From Octopus vulgaris (lineage: Eukaryota): a stretch of DNA of 64,000 nt. Where the stretch lies: the NCBI GenBank assembly GCA_951406725.2, contig OX597820.1, positions 116,932,001-116,996,000 of the forward strand, in the 5' to 3' direction. The notes under the pieces are model-generated. The model did not search any database, was not told the origin of the DNA, and saw nothing but the letters and a program-made list of their open reading frames with translations. The first letter of the stretch is position 1, and each line of letters starts with the position of its first letter. Below, one piece after another: positions 37,371 to 50,721 of the stretch. The translations under genes and the position numbers were made by a program.

Positions 37371-37718
37371 TGAATATGCGAATAAGCAGAGGAATGGATG
37401 TGTGGTTACATTTACTCAGCAACCACTTGGTTTCGGGTTCAATCCCAGCGTATGGTACCTTGAACAAATAGCTTCAAGTTGATTCAGGTTTTCGAAGTGA
37501 AACTGGGTTGATGTACAACTATACTTCATTGCTTTTATGCAAAAGTGTAGTAAGTCCAAAATGCTGCATTTTCAGAAATGAAAATATAGTTTAACCATTC
37601 CAAAGCAAAACTGTTGTATGTACGACACTTTGACAATTTTTGATATTTTGGCATCTGAAGAAGCTGCAGAACAATAGTTTGACCAAAAGAACCGGCTATT
37701 GCAAGCAAAAATAAATAT

Positions 37719-37952
37719 TTATTTCTTTGTTGCCCACAAGGGGGTAAACACAGAGGGGACAAACAAGGACAGACAAAAGGATTAAGTCGATTACATCGAC
37801 CTCAGTGCGTAACTGGTACTTATTTAATTGACCCTGAAAGGATGAAAGGCAAAGTTGACCTCGGCGGGATTTGAACTCGGAACATAGCAGCAGATGATAT
37901 ATCGCTAAGCATTTTGCCTGGTGTGCTAACGATTCAGCCAGCTCGCTGCCTT
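37719..37952 (-). mobile_element. SINE family B with TSD AAGCAAAAATAAATATT
   Basis: Full reverse-complement copy with duplicated flank. Confidence 0.9.
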
Positions 37953-38107
37953 AAGCAAAAATAAATATTGGGAAAAAAACAAAAAAAAAACACATTTGGC
38001 CAAATTTGGACATACGACAGTTTAACATAACAGCAACAATTTGTAATACAAAGAGGTCAGACTTGTCACACACTGTGTCATTCTGACTGAGTGAGGATTA
38101 TGTAAAC

Positions 38108-38258
38108 CAGTGGTTCTCAATTGGGGTCCACATGAACCTTAGGGATCCATATAAGATTTTATTGCCAAAGTTTATGGACAAGAAACTGGTTTATAGTCCT
38201 GCAATACAACAAAATACTTTCAACAATTTTTAGAGAAGAATTGATAATAATATTTAAT
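38108..38258 (-). mobile_element. hAT MITE fragment, same family as 44770-45000
   Basis: CAGTGGTTCTCAATTGGGGTCC...CATATAAGATTTT matches the reverse complement of the 45000 end. Confidence 0.65.
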
Positions 38259-38259
38259 T

Positions 38260-38642
38260 TTACTCTTATTCTTTTACACATTTCAGTCACCTGACTGTGA
38301 CCATGCTGGAGCAACTGACCCCAGGACTTATTCTTTGTAAGCCTAGTACTTATTCTATCAGTCTCTTTTGCCAAACCACTAAGTTTTAGGGACATAAAGA
38401 CACCAACATCAGTTCTCAAGCGATGCCTGCAGGGACAAACACAGACACAAAGGCACATGCATAAATATATATATATATATATACACGACGGGCTTCTTTC
38501 AGTTTCCATCTGCCAAATCCACTGAAGGCTTTGGTCGGCCCTAGGCTATAGTAGAAGACACTTGCCTGAGGAGCCACGCAATGGGACTGAACGTGGAACC
38601 ATGTGGTTAGGAGGCAAGCTTCTTACCACACAGCCAAGCCTA
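38260..38642 (-). mobile_element. SINE family A
   Basis: Reverse-complement family A copy. Confidence 0.85.
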
Positions 38643-38835
38643 TGCCAAAAGAATTCGAATGGGCATGGGACCCAGTTGAGTAGGGTAGGAAACAAAGGGG
38701 TCCATAGGCAAAAAAATGGATGAGAATCATTGGTGTAAAGGGTACAAGATCCGAGAAGAATATGCAACCACAAATACAACGGTAAGCAGAAGCAGTCCGG
38801 ATGATCGAAGAAATGACACTGGGGGCCATTTACTT

Positions 38836-38867
<32 letters not shown>

Positions 38868-39061
38868 ATACATGTGAGCAAATAGTGCACCATGTGTGTA
38901 AATGAAGCTGTTATTCTGTGCATATATTTATGCAGTTATTGCACTGTGTGAGCATGTGTATATGGCTGTAAGGGTGTTGCACTCTGATATTACGAGATTA
39001 TGTACTGTGTGTGCATATGTGTATGTGTATATATATATACATATATAAATTTACTTTTTTT

Positions 39062-39358
39062 TATTTTTTACGACCAGTACATCAGATGTAGTTATCAATG
39101 CTGGTCACAATGCGTTCGCATTGTTTTAGCCTTCGAATGACGCCACCCCGCTGGCTAAGCGAGTAGGTCAACAGAAGAAAGAGTGAGAGAAAGTTGTGGC
39201 GAAAGAGTACAGCAGGGATAGCCACCACCCCCTGCCGGAGCCTCGTGGAGTTTTAGGTGTTTTCGATCAATAAACATACACAACGCCCGGTCTGGGTATC
39301 GAAACCGCGATCCTACGACCGCAAGTCCGCTGCCCTAACCACTGGGCCATTGCGCCTC

Positions 39359-39361
<3 letters not shown>
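39062..39361 (-). mobile_element. tRNA-derived SINE family D, tail type 1
   Basis: Head TGGAGGCGCAATGGCCCAGTGGTTAGGGCAGCGGAC...GGTTTCGATACCC with A and B boxes; A-rich end. Confidence 0.85.
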
Positions 39362-39389
<28 letters not shown>

Positions 39390-39946
39390 GTATATGTATG
39401 TATGTATGTATGTACGTATTACTAAGTGTGTGAGTGTTGCATTGCATACATCTGTATACACAGGCAGATGTTGCATCACGACTGTGTCTGTACATAAGTG
39501 TGCAGGTGTTGCACTGCACGTGCATGCGTGTACTTGCATGTATTGTGCTGCACAATGAAAGACAGAGAGAGAGAGAAATTCCCTGGTAGATTAACTTCAT
39601 CTAACCTCACAATACAGCAGTGTCAACAATGAAAACTCAGCAAGCAGCTGATGCACCAACAATAAGATTACATCTATCTACCCACATGCATGTGTGTGTG
39701 TGTGTGTGCGCGCGTCTCTTTCCCTCTCCCTCTCTTACTCTCTCTCTCTCTCTCTCCCTCTCGTACTCTCTCACCCTCTCTTACTCTCCCTCTCTCTGAC
39801 AAGGAGATAAGAAAAGAATCACATGTTTAATGGATTAGCAAAATATTAGAGCATCGGACAAACTGCCTTGCAATATTTTGTTACTGCCCACCACATTCTG
39901 AGTTCAAATCTTGCTGAAGTCAATTTTACTTTCCATTCTCATAGTA

Positions 39947-39977
<31 letters not shown>

Positions 39978-40215
39978 CGGTGTGTGTAAGCGCATATCTT
40001 CACTGTGAGTTTGCCTTCTGCACTTTGGCATTTCCTTGGCCACAAACTATCTGCTAGCGCTGTTCTTTCAGTGATGTCTAGAAGAATAAAAAAAAGTCCT
40101 TGTTCTGACAAAAAAGGTAAGAGTTGGCAACTGGAAGAGTATCTGGTTGTAAAACAAATCTTCAATAAGGTGTACTCATGTAACCCATTCTGACATAAGA
40201 AAACAGGCGTAAAAC

Positions 40216-40405
40216 GGCCCAGTGGTTGGTGGGGTGCACTCATGATCACAAGACCGTGGTTTCGATTCCTAGGCTGGGCAGTGTGTTTGTGCTCTTGAGC
40301 AAAACACTTCATTTCATGCTGCCCCAATCAACACAGCTGTAAATGAGTTCCAGCAATAGTTGGGAAGTTAACCCTGCAATGGACTGGTGTCCTATCCAGG
40401 TAGGG
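40216..40405 (+). mobile_element. Diverged tRNA-derived SINE with CORE-like and V-domain-like blocks
   Basis: GTGCTCTTGAGCAAAACACTT and CCCTGCAATGGACTGGTGTCCTATCCAGG follow a tRNA-like head. Confidence 0.65.
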
Positions 40406-40810
40406 AATGTTTTGGAATCTCATTCACTTATTTGCTGTCAGAGATTCGGGGGTTCCATGGAGGTTGAAAATTTGTCTGGATAGTAGTGTTGTTAAGGGGT
40501 TTAGCCATTCGTGAGACATGACAGATGGGTCTGAGGTCCTGTACAACTGTGTCAGATGCACAAGGTCACTGACCGGACGACAGAGTTGATTGAGAATCCA
40601 AATTCATTTTGTATGACGTATGATGCATGTTGTAGCTGGGGTCCTCGTTGAGCAATGGCACAAAGACACACACCCACAAATATGCATACAGTGTTAGGTG
40701 TATGGTTATAAACACATGTACATTAATGTACATCAATGGACATCACCTCATTTGCTTTGTCTCCCTCCATATTCAGGTATTAAAAATTGTTTTACTTGAT
40801 AAGAATTAAC

Positions 40811-40858
<48 letters not shown>

Positions 40859-41184
40859 AAGAAGAGATGATAAATGAGTTCTCTGCAAGTAGGAAGTTCA
40901 GCAGAGGAAATTGTTAAACCAAGCTGGTTTCATAGTTTAATAAGCTCTCTTGATAGCACTTCCAGCCAACATGTTTACACACAATAAACATACAAGTACA
41001 TTGAAGAGTTGAGTTTTAATGGGGGGAGGGGCATAGTAGAACAATGATTGGCAAGTAAGGGAAAACCATAGTCATAGCCGTGGAACAGCAAGTATGGTTA
41101 TGTGGTTAGGAAATTGGTTTCATAATAACTGGTTCAGAGTTCAATCCCAACGAACAGCACTCTACACCTATTATCAAACTCCTT

Positions 41185-41546
41185 AGACTGTGGCCATGCT
41201 GGGGCATTGCCTTGAAGAACCTTTAGTCAAATGAACTGACCCTACAACTGATTTTCTTCTTATAAAGCCTGGTACTTGTTTCATTGGTCTCTTTTGCTGA
41301 ACTGCTAAGTTACAGGGATGTAAACAAACAAACACCAGTTGTCAGACTATGGTAGAGGACAAACACAAAGACACACAAACACACGATGAGCTTCATTCAG
41401 TTTTCCATCTACCGAATCCACTCACAAGGCTTCGGTCAGTCCGAAACTATAGTAAAAGACATTTGCTCAAGCTGCCACACATAGGGACTGAACCTGGAAC
41501 CATGTGGTTGGGATGCAAGCTTCTTACCACATGGCCATACCTGTGC
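41185..41546 (-). mobile_element. SINE family A, diverged copy
   Basis: Reverse-complement family A motifs. Confidence 0.8.
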
Positions 41547-42015
41547 ATTTATCATTGTGAGTCTTTTTTGCTTACCATTATACATTATTTCATTTTTCTT
41601 CTTTCATATCAAAATATCTGAAGGTTGACTCCATTTGTGTACACAAATGTTTTATGATCAGGCCCAATCCTAAAACACTCAAAAAATCTCTGGTATTCTC
41701 TAATTCAACAACAACAACAATCACATGGCTGTTGTATTTCATTACATATCCCATGTTTTATTGGAATTTATTTCTATTTACAGACACACAATGGTCAGTG
41801 AATGAGTGTAGGATTAAAATATAAAATAAAAATAAGAGGTGACTGCATGACTACACCTCAGCAGGGGAGAACCAAACAGACAAGCAGGTAAGTGTATACA
41901 TAAGACAGGTGAGCACTAAGCAATTAAAAGTGTGTGTGTGTGTGTGTGTGAGCACATATGCAACTATGTGCTCATACAGCCAAGTTGGGTAAAGCCATTT
42001 AGCTTTATTGTTAAA

Positions 42016-42410
42016 CTAGCAGTATCGCCCGGCGTTGCTCAGGTTTGTAAGGGAAATAACTATATAAGCATTTTTAGAGATGTAAAGTATAATAGCCATC
42101 TCAATATGGCTAACCACAAAGGAGGGTATTACTGTAGCTTTTTACGTTCTGAGATTTAATAATAAATTTTTAAAGAGTTACTTCCCTTATATATGCCAAA
42201 AATGCATTAAAAATGGGAAAAATTGACGGTAAATTTTTTTTTAAATCGTAGACTCATCGTAGACACGCGCTAATACCCAGAAGGGGTCGATATGAATCAT
42301 GACTATAAGATACCCGGTTTTGGTTAAACTGCACCGCAAAATGTGGGAGTAGTTAGGAATCTAAATCGTAGGAGACAGACAGCACACAACCTCTCTTTTA
42401 TATATAAAGA
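42016..42410 (-). mobile_element. Non-autonomous Helitron, complete (395 bp)
   Basis: Minus strand A|TCTTTATATATAAAA start, subterminal hairpin CCTGAGCAACGCCGGG, CTAG|T end, no TSD. Confidence 0.88.
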
Positions 42411-43390
42411 TGAGAATTAAACAATTGCAGTGCAATCAGGTCATTGAAGCAGAGGAATGCAGAATAAAAAAAAAAACCCACAGACAACAAAATGTAAAAA
42501 GAGATGAAATATCTTTAATGAATAACTCACTCAAGAATGATTACTATTGCCGTTTAGCCCAAGGTGAAACAGACTTATAACAAAAGGTATTCCAGTCTTG
42601 ACCATGCTGTCTTTTTGCCTTTGTGCCAGCAAACCCAGGACAATATTAGCGAAAACAAGTAGGTTGTGATTTGAGGGTGATTTCGCTATTTCTAACGAGT
42701 TATGTGAACAGAGAGAGCAGAGGTCCCCACCATTGGCTCATCTCAAGGGTGGTAAGTGTAGTTGAGTGAAATAGAATGGTTAGAACCAAGAACAAAATCC
42801 CAATTGATGTAACAAAGCATCCTCTACAAGGTTGCTCAATGCCCTAGGAGTGGCAGCCACAATTCCTTCGAAATCATTTTTCTTGTCTTCAGAATAGAAG
42901 TAGATGTTGAAGAAAATAGTCCTTATTACACTGTCTACAAACTGATGTTCTATACAGTATTTTAGGCTGGGTTTAGAAAAATGTATAAATAAATTTAAAT
43001 GACTGATTATGATTAGCACAATGTCGCTGGCCATTCTCTGAGGCAACATCCTTGTGGTCATGACTGCAGGACATGGCTGAGTATACCATTTGTTCTGGCA
43101 TGTGCAGCCCATTGCTCCCTCCCCATCCATTTCCTGCTGCTTAATCCTCGCCATTTTTCTTTTCCGTTTTTTTGTAATTAAATTGTGATAAATAAAGAGA
43201 TACGTGTAAAGAAAAACAACTCCCAAATCTCAGACCAACTGTCTGAGACTTTGGCCAAAATGTCTTTTTCTGTAGCCTTAATTTAACCAAAAATTTATGA
43301 GTGGAATTTAGTAGACAGAAACTATAAGAAAGCTGAGTGTTTGTGGATGTGTGTGTGTGTGTGTGTGTGTGTGTATTTACTGACATAAAA

Positions 43391-43619
43391 GGCAGCGAGC
43401 TGGCAGAAATGTTAGCACGCCAGGTGAAATGCGTAGCCGTATTTCGTCTGCTGTTACGTTCTGAGTTCAAATTCCACCGAGGTCAACTTTGCCTTTCATC
43501 CTTTCGGGGTCGATAAATTAAGTACCAGTTCACTGGGGTCGATGTAATCGACTTAATCCGTTTGTCTGTCCTTGTTTGTCCTCTCTGTGTTTAGCCCCTT
43601 GTGGGTAGTAAAGAAATAG
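43391..43619 (+). mobile_element. SINE family B with TSD GTATTTACTGA(C/T)ATAA
   Basis: TSD at 43373-43388 and 43620-43635. Confidence 0.92.
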
Positions 43620-43843
43620 GTATTTACTGATATAAGTCGATGAAGGATACGCATGCATCCTTCACAGACATATCAGCAAGTAATTTGGTGGAAAAGGATC
43701 TTAAAAACTGCAATGGTCTACAAATGAAGTTCCTCCTAACATCAGGTCAGATACTCCTTATGTTTGCCGTCACCATCAGAAATATAGTGAAGCAATGAGT
43801 GACTGGAAACATGAGCCAACAATGTTTGTTGTTCAGATATTGT

Positions 43844-44131
43844 TTGGTTTTGTTTGTTCCTTCTTGAGCCATGCCTGGCTCATAAGGGCCGATTTCCCGG
43901 TTTCCTTGGCGTATAGGTTCCCCACCTGGACGGGACGCCGGTCCGTCACAGGAAAGAGTAAGAGAAAGTTGTGGCGAAAGAGTCAGCAGAAGTTTGCCAT
44001 TACCTTCTGCCAGAGCTGCGTGGTGTTTAAGTGTTTCGCTCATAAACTCACACACAGCCCAGTCTGGGATTCGAACCCACAATCCCTTGACCGCGAGTCT
44101 GCTGCTCTAACCACTAGGCCATGTGCCTCCA
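43844..44131 (-). mobile_element. tRNA-derived SINE family D, tail type 2 (V-domain-like)
   Basis: Head with GGTTCGAATCCC B box; TSD CAGATATTGT at 43834-43843 and 44132-44141; (CAAA)n-like tail. Confidence 0.88.
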
Positions 44132-44541
44132 CAGATATTGTGATATAAAATAAAGATAGAAGTAAATCAGCAGACAAAAGAGAGGAACTACCAAATACTT
44201 TTAACTAGAATTCCAGGAGCCAAGTTAATTAGGAATGATCTGTTTCTGACAAAATTCAACTCAGTGAAAATATGTTGTTAGTGTGGAATGGCATATGATG
44301 AAGAAATTCTCTCCATGGAGCTTTTTAACAGAGCAGAGAAGGCTTATGATGAACTATGCCAGTAACCTGGTTTTGTTCACTTGAAATTCTTTACAAACCA
44401 AAAAGAGAACTGAGGCTGGTGCTGACCTCCATTCCACGGATAAACTACTGGTGTCAAACTAGTTGTGAACTCTGTAAATTTTTAATCATACACAGCTAAA
44501 CACACATACATATACACATGTGTGCATATACTCACACATGT

Positions 44542-44577
<36 letters not shown>

Positions 44578-44694
44578 TGGGTTATAGAAATTTATCAGAC
44601 ATGACAGGTTCAGAAGATAAGGAATATCAGGTTTCTTTGTTGATTATCAGTTTAAGACACACACACACACACACACACACACGCACGCACTCAT

Positions 44695-44743
<49 letters not shown>

Positions 44744-44769
44744 GATGAAGATGGTGAGTTACTTTAAAG

Positions 44770-45000
44770 CAGTGGTTCAAACAGTTTTCTTACCCATGGG
44801 CCTCTTTGGTTCCTATTCGAGGCCTAATTGTTTTTTGTTTTTTTAAATAATTAAATGTTATTAGAAATTTGTATTAAAAAATTGTTAAAAATATTTCATG
44901 CATTGCAAAAGTATAACCAATATATTACATGTATACAAACTTATAAAATCTTATATGCACCTCACCCAAGGACAATAAGGACCCTAGTTGAGTACCCCTG
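44770..45000 (+). mobile_element. hAT (Charlie-like) MITE
   Basis: CAGTGGTTCAAAC...GTTGAGTACCCCTG imperfect TIRs; 8-bp flanks CTTTAAAG/GTTTAAAC. Confidence 0.7.
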
Positions 45001-45096
45001 GTTTAAACCAAGGCAAGGGTAGCAAAATACTGCCCAAAGCACAGACACAACACAACCCAAAAGCCAATGCAGTACAACACAATTTGCCTGATTTAA

Positions 45097-45317
45097 CCCT
45101 TTAGCATTTAAACCGGCCATATCCGGCCAAAAGTATTCTGCCTGTTTTATGTTCAAACTGGCCAGATCTGGTCTCTCACACCAACCCCACAATATCGTTT
45201 TAAAAATTAACAGCAACCTCATCAAAATCTCATAGCTACAAGATAATGCATGATTGGTTCAAAACAATGTGGATAAAAAAGCATTAATTTTGGCAGAATA
45301 ATATGAACAGTAAAGGG
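45097..45317 (+). mobile_element. piggyBac-type MITE
   Basis: TTAA|CCCTTTA...TAAAGGG|TTAA. Confidence 0.92.
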
Positions 45318-46894
45318 TTAAGAAGCTCTAAAATTAAGAAATGCAGTGTTAATTTAATGACTTTGTTAAACTTAATTACCAATCATTCATTGTTGATGTT
45401 GGACCAACCAACATAATCATAGCCATCACTACCAACACTGCCACAATCATCTACAATAACATGGCGCCATTCCAGCTGGTTCCTACTCTTTGATAAAAGC
45501 AATCTTTCTACATTTTATATCATTCTCAGAATGCAATAACTAAACTATGTTCTCAAGTCCAGAAGAGACCCCTTGAGGACAAATACTAGCAACTCCACCT
45601 AACTTTAGGATGATTAAGGTGAAAATTAAAATAACTAAATTATCTGAAATTTTTTTCAGTTATCTTTCACGAATTTAATTGACAGAATGATTTGTGTTGT
45701 AGTTTTGCATGGAATATTTTGGAACTTCTTTTTTACCTGTTAGCTACTCAGGAGCAGTAGTTGGTTTATCATGTTGCCCAGTTTAATGCCCCCCTAGTGC
45801 TAGGATACAAATTCTGTTTGAAAAAGGTCCAAATTCCAATGTATGCTTTGACAGTCTCTACAACTAAAGGCTCTTCCTGATGTTAACTTCTTTACCAAGT
45901 AGACCCAGTGCTTATTTTTACCCATGGTGTTAGCACTAGGGAGGTCACTAAGTAACCCTCGACTGAGATGAAGATTAGAGTTGAGAGAAATGGCTTTATG
46001 TCAGACGACTTTGAGAACTTCTAAAAAAGAATTCCATTAAAAAAAGTTGACCCCATTTACTAAGTTTTTAGATACTGGAGTAAACTTTGAACCTTTGACC
46101 TTTATATTGTCAAAGCAAAGGATTGAATTCAATAAAATCAAAAATAACTAAAATTCCTAACACATCCTCTGCCTACCTACCAAAAGTGACACACCTAAGT
46201 AGATATTCACACCTGCTTACAAAGTTCTACATACATAAATAAATTCTAAACAATAATATAACCCCAAACTTGATCAATAAAAATTTCTCCAAAACATCTC
46301 TCCATAACAATCCACCTTAAAACCCAGTTACAACTCAAACCCATATATGCAAGAAAGATTTTAGCTCAAGAGAGTCTGTGTAGAGCCAAGATTAACTTCA
46401 ATACATCACAGTTCAATGATGGCTTATCTGGCCAAAACTTTGAAGTTACTATCAGCATGGACAACGGCCATTAAATGATGATATATTTAGTGATGTTTAT
46501 CAGCAAAAAAAAAAAAAAAATAATAATAATAACAACAGGTAAAACTGCTGCTTTACAAATGAAGTCCTTTGAGATATTTGATCTGCTTTGAATAAAACCT
46601 CTTTGTCATCATTCTCACTGTCAGAAATGCAATGAACCAATGCTTAGCTTGCAGAAAACCCATAACTAATGATGCTTTCACTCACAAATTGCAACATATA
46701 ATAAATAAACATCTCTGGTGCTTTATTTCACTAATCTATAATACCATCTATGGGGGTGGGGTGGGGGTTAGGACATAAAAACCTAACAAATAACGGAATT
46801 GGATTAACAGATAATCCATAAACATGTTGACCAGTGATTCTCTACCCACTCCCCACCTCCATGACACTTTGAATAAGAAGTTAAATGTGTTTAT

Positions 46895-47058
46895 ACTCTT
46901 TACTCGTTTCAGTCATTTGACTGCGGCCATGCTGGAGCACTGCCTTTTAGTCGAGCAAATCGACCCCCAGGACTTATTCTATTGGTCTCTTTTGCCGAGC
47001 ATCGGTTGTCAAGCGATGTTGGGGGGACAAACACAGACACACAAACATATACACACAC

Positions 47059-47097
<39 letters not shown>

Positions 47098-47120
47098 ACA
47101 ATGATAAATCTCAGAGCGAG

Positions 47121-47171
<51 letters not shown>

Positions 47172-47225
47172 TATATATACAGTGGGCTTCTTTCAGTTAC
47201 CGTCTACCAAATCCACTCACAAGAC
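46895..47225 (-). mobile_element. Rearranged SINE family A with a short foreign insert in its (TA)n
   Basis: Internal deletion; ACAATGATAAATCTCAGAGCGAGT lies within the TA tract. Confidence 0.8.
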
Positions 47226-48068
47226 ATTTGTACTACAGAGCCAGAGCCGGTTTCAGCCGGGTTGGTAACGAAAGGGTCACGCTGTGTGCGTGAGAGAGAA
47301 AGGGAGCGAGAGGGGATCAATCAAATTAAATGATTAACCCAAAACTGTTAAACTCCTCTCTAGAGGGGAAGAAACAGAAAAATGACATCCTTTTGATAAC
47401 CATCTCCTTTTAAAATGGTGGTAGTAGAAGTAGTATTAGTAGTAGTGGTGGTGGTGGAAGAGCCCATCAAACATTAGAAATCATACAACACACTAGAATT
47501 TAGGCCATTTGCTTCTTTTTTTTTTAAATGTATTTTTTTTTTAATCTTATATTTTTGTTCAGTAAAAAGAAAGGGAAATTCTCAAGTACTACTCACAGAC
47601 ATTTATGTCTGAGTGACTGCAATGAGTGTGACTTCCTGTACAATCAATTTCCAAAACATGAGGCTGCAGCAGTAACAACAACAACAACAACAACATCATC
47701 ATCAGCAGCAGTAGTAGCAGTAGAAGTAGTAGCAACAACAGTGGTAGCTGCAGTAGTTGTGAGGTAGGAGGAATAGTAAGAGAAGGGTTTTAGAGAGACT
47801 CCCTGAAAGCAGCTGTCGACGTTACAGTCAAAATTCCTGGATGTTTGAATAAAGTAAACGGTGGGTTGTTGGCGGGGGTGGAAGGTATGGGAAGGGCTGA
47901 GATGGTAAAATACAGAAGCATCATATTAACCATGTACAGGAGATCCAGCATCTTAACGCTGAAGGAAACCCTACTGCCATCACTACTATGTCTGCAGGGC
48001 CTTCCCCCATCACCCACCACTCAATTCTCATGTCTACTGGCATCATTTGTAATATATATATATATATA

Positions 48069-49298
48069 TATTCTTTTACTTGTTTCAGTCATTTGATTGC
48101 GGCCATGCTGGAGCACCGCCTTTAGTCGAGCAAATTGACCCCGGGACTCATTCTTTGTAAGCCCAGTACTTATTCTATCGGTCTCTTTTGCCGAACCGCT
48201 AAGTAACGGGGACATAAACACACCAACATCGGTTGTCAAGCAATGCTAGGGGGACAAACACAGACACACAAACAAACACACATACATATATATATATATA
48301 CATATATACGACAGGCTTCTTTCAGTTTCCTCCAAATCCACTCACAAGGCATCGGCCCGGGGCCACTAGCAGAAGACACTTGCCCAGATGCCACGCAGTG
48401 TCTGAACCTGGCATGTGGCTGGTTTGCAAGCTATATATATATGCGATATATATTCTTTTACTTGTTTCAGTCATTTGATTGCGGCCATGCTGGAGCACCG
48501 CCTTTAGTCGAGCAAATTGACCCCAGGACTTATTCTTTGTAAGCCCAGTACTTATTCTATCCGTCTCTTTTGCCGAACCGCTAAGTTACGGGGACGTAAA
48601 CACACCAGCATCAGTTGTCAAGCAATGCTAGGGGGACAAACACAGACACACAAACACACACATACATACATATATATATATATACATATATACGACAGGC
48701 TTCTTTCAGTTTCCGTCTACCAAATCCACTCACAAAGCATTGGTCGGCCCGGGGCTATAGCAGAAGACACTTGCCCAAGATGCCACGCAGTGGGACTGAA
48801 CCCGGAACCATGTGGTTGGTTAGCAAGCTACTTACCACACAGCCACTCCTGCGCCTATATATATATATATTCTTTTACTTGTTTCAGTCATTTGACTGCG
48901 GCCATGCTGAAGCACCACCTTTTAGTTGAGCAAATCAACCCCTAGTCTTTGTAAGGCTAGTACTTATTCTATCCGTCTCTTTTGCCAAACTGCTAAGTTA
49001 CAGGGATGTAAACACACCAGCATCAGTTGTCAAGCAATCTTGGGGGGACAAGCGCAGACACACAAGCACAAACACACACATATATATACATATATACGAT
49101 GAGCTTCTTTCAGTTTCCGTCTACCATTTATATATATATACACATACATATATACATGATGAGCTTCTTTCAGAATCCACTCACAAGGCTTTGGTCAGCC
49201 CAAGGGTTTAGTAGGAGACACTTGCTCAAGGTGCCACGCCATGACACTGAACCCGGAACCAAGTGGTTCGTAAGCAAGCTACTTACCACACAGCCACT
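48069..49298 (-). mobile_element. Head-to-tail array of three family A SINEs
   Basis: Tails restart at ~48069, ~48452 and ~48869, each preceded by (TA)n. Confidence 0.9.
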
Positions 49299-49914
49299 CA
49301 TATACATATAACTTTTTTTATTCTTAGTAGGAAATGTTTGAAAAAAGAAGCAAAGAAGGGACTCAAGTGAGAGATTAAGCAATTTCCTCTCCTCTCTCAT
49401 CTCCATATTTTCTATCTTTGATCTTTTACTGGTATCGGTCATTGGACTGTGACCATGCTGGGGCACCACCTTGGAAGGTTAAGTCAAACAAACTGACCTC
49501 AGTAATTTTTTCTTTTTCAAACCTGGCATTCATTCTATCATTCTCTTTTTGCTGAACTGCTAACACAAGTTGTCAAGCAGTGGTGGGCGCATACCACAAA
49601 GACGCACACAATGGTGATAATGGGCTTCTTTCAGTTTCCATCTAGCAAATCCACTCACAAAGCTTTGGTCAGCCCAAGAATATAAGGATGAAAGGCAAAG
49701 TCAAACTCGGCAGAATTTGAACTCAGAATGTAAAGCCGGACAAAATGTTGCAAAGCATTTTGCATAGCGTGCTAATGATTCTTCCAGCTCACCACCTTAA
49801 TAACGACAATGAATATTATCAGAGACACTGTTATAGAAAAGTGAAACTCAAAAAATTATCAGTGAAGTTCCAGAAAATGTTTATTGCTATTGGAAAAAAC
49901 TGAAACTGGGACAA

Positions 49915-50503
49915 GTGCCCAAGACCTTTGGAGATAATGCTGCGCTTGAGAAGACCAGGCAAGCCAAGTGAGACCATAATCATGGCCTATGCCAGTGCAG
50001 TATAACCAGCCCATTTAAGAGTATCCTTCAATCATTGGGCAATAAACTGTGCTTGCAAAGACCTGTTGAGGCAAGTGAAGCCATTGTCATGACCGATGAC
50101 AGTACCACCTGATTGTCACCTGTGCCAGTGCCACATAAAAGGCACCATTCAAGCGTGGTTGTGCCAGTGCTGCCTGACTGGTCCTGTGCTGGTGGCATGT
50201 AAAAATCCCCATTCAAGCATGGTCAATGCCAGTACCACCTGACTGGCCCTCGTGCTGGTGGCATGTAAAAATCCCCATTCAAGCATGGTCAATGCCAGTA
50301 CCACCTGACTGGCCCTCGTGCTGGTGGTATGTAAAAAGTACCCACTACACTCTCGGAGTGGTTGGCATTCGGAAGGGCATCCAGCTGTAGAAACTTTGCC
50401 AGATTGGATTGGAGCCTGGTGTAGCCTTCTGGCTTGCCAGCCCTCAGTCAAACCGTCCAACCCATATCAGCATGGAAAGTAGATGTTAAACAATGATGAT
50501 GAT
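49915..50503 (+). mobile_element. Family C, longest copy, with 66-bp internal tandem modules
   Basis: 22-codon repeat visible in ORF 50149..50460; standard family C 3' body and (GAT)n tail. Confidence 0.88.
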
Positions 50504-50721
50504 GGGCCAAGTTTCACTAAAACTAAGAAATCTATAACTATCATTGATGGTTTTGGTTAATTACAGAGCATCAGAGATTGAAATGTTGATGCAATCAACC
50601 AAATTTATATCAGAGGGAATGGATTTATGAGTTTCCAGTATATAAGGTATTATGGTTACGTTTACACATATTTGGATTATCTAATAATAAAACAAGAATT
50701 AAAGAATCATTTATTACTTAC

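Noticed and set aside
39285-39361. tRNA gene
   Set aside because: The tRNA-like A and B boxes continue into a SINE body shared with 43844-44131; this is a SINE head, as are the family A and B heads.
41784-41887. Plus-strand exon-like segment with CAG|GTAAGT donor
   Set aside because: Stops in all three frames and no partner exon found; splice-like motifs arise by chance.
42894-42965. Plus-strand peptide IEVDVEENSPYYTV resembling a cadherin repeat after a TTCAG acceptor
   Set aside because: Stops after about 23 codons, lacks the downstream DxD/LDRE motifs and has no good donor; the overlapping 148-aa minus ORF has no recognisable domain.
47597-47635. 39-nt minus-strand exon candidate with GTGAGT donor
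   Set aside because: Poor polypyrimidine tract; it would create a TGA if joined to the candidate start exon.
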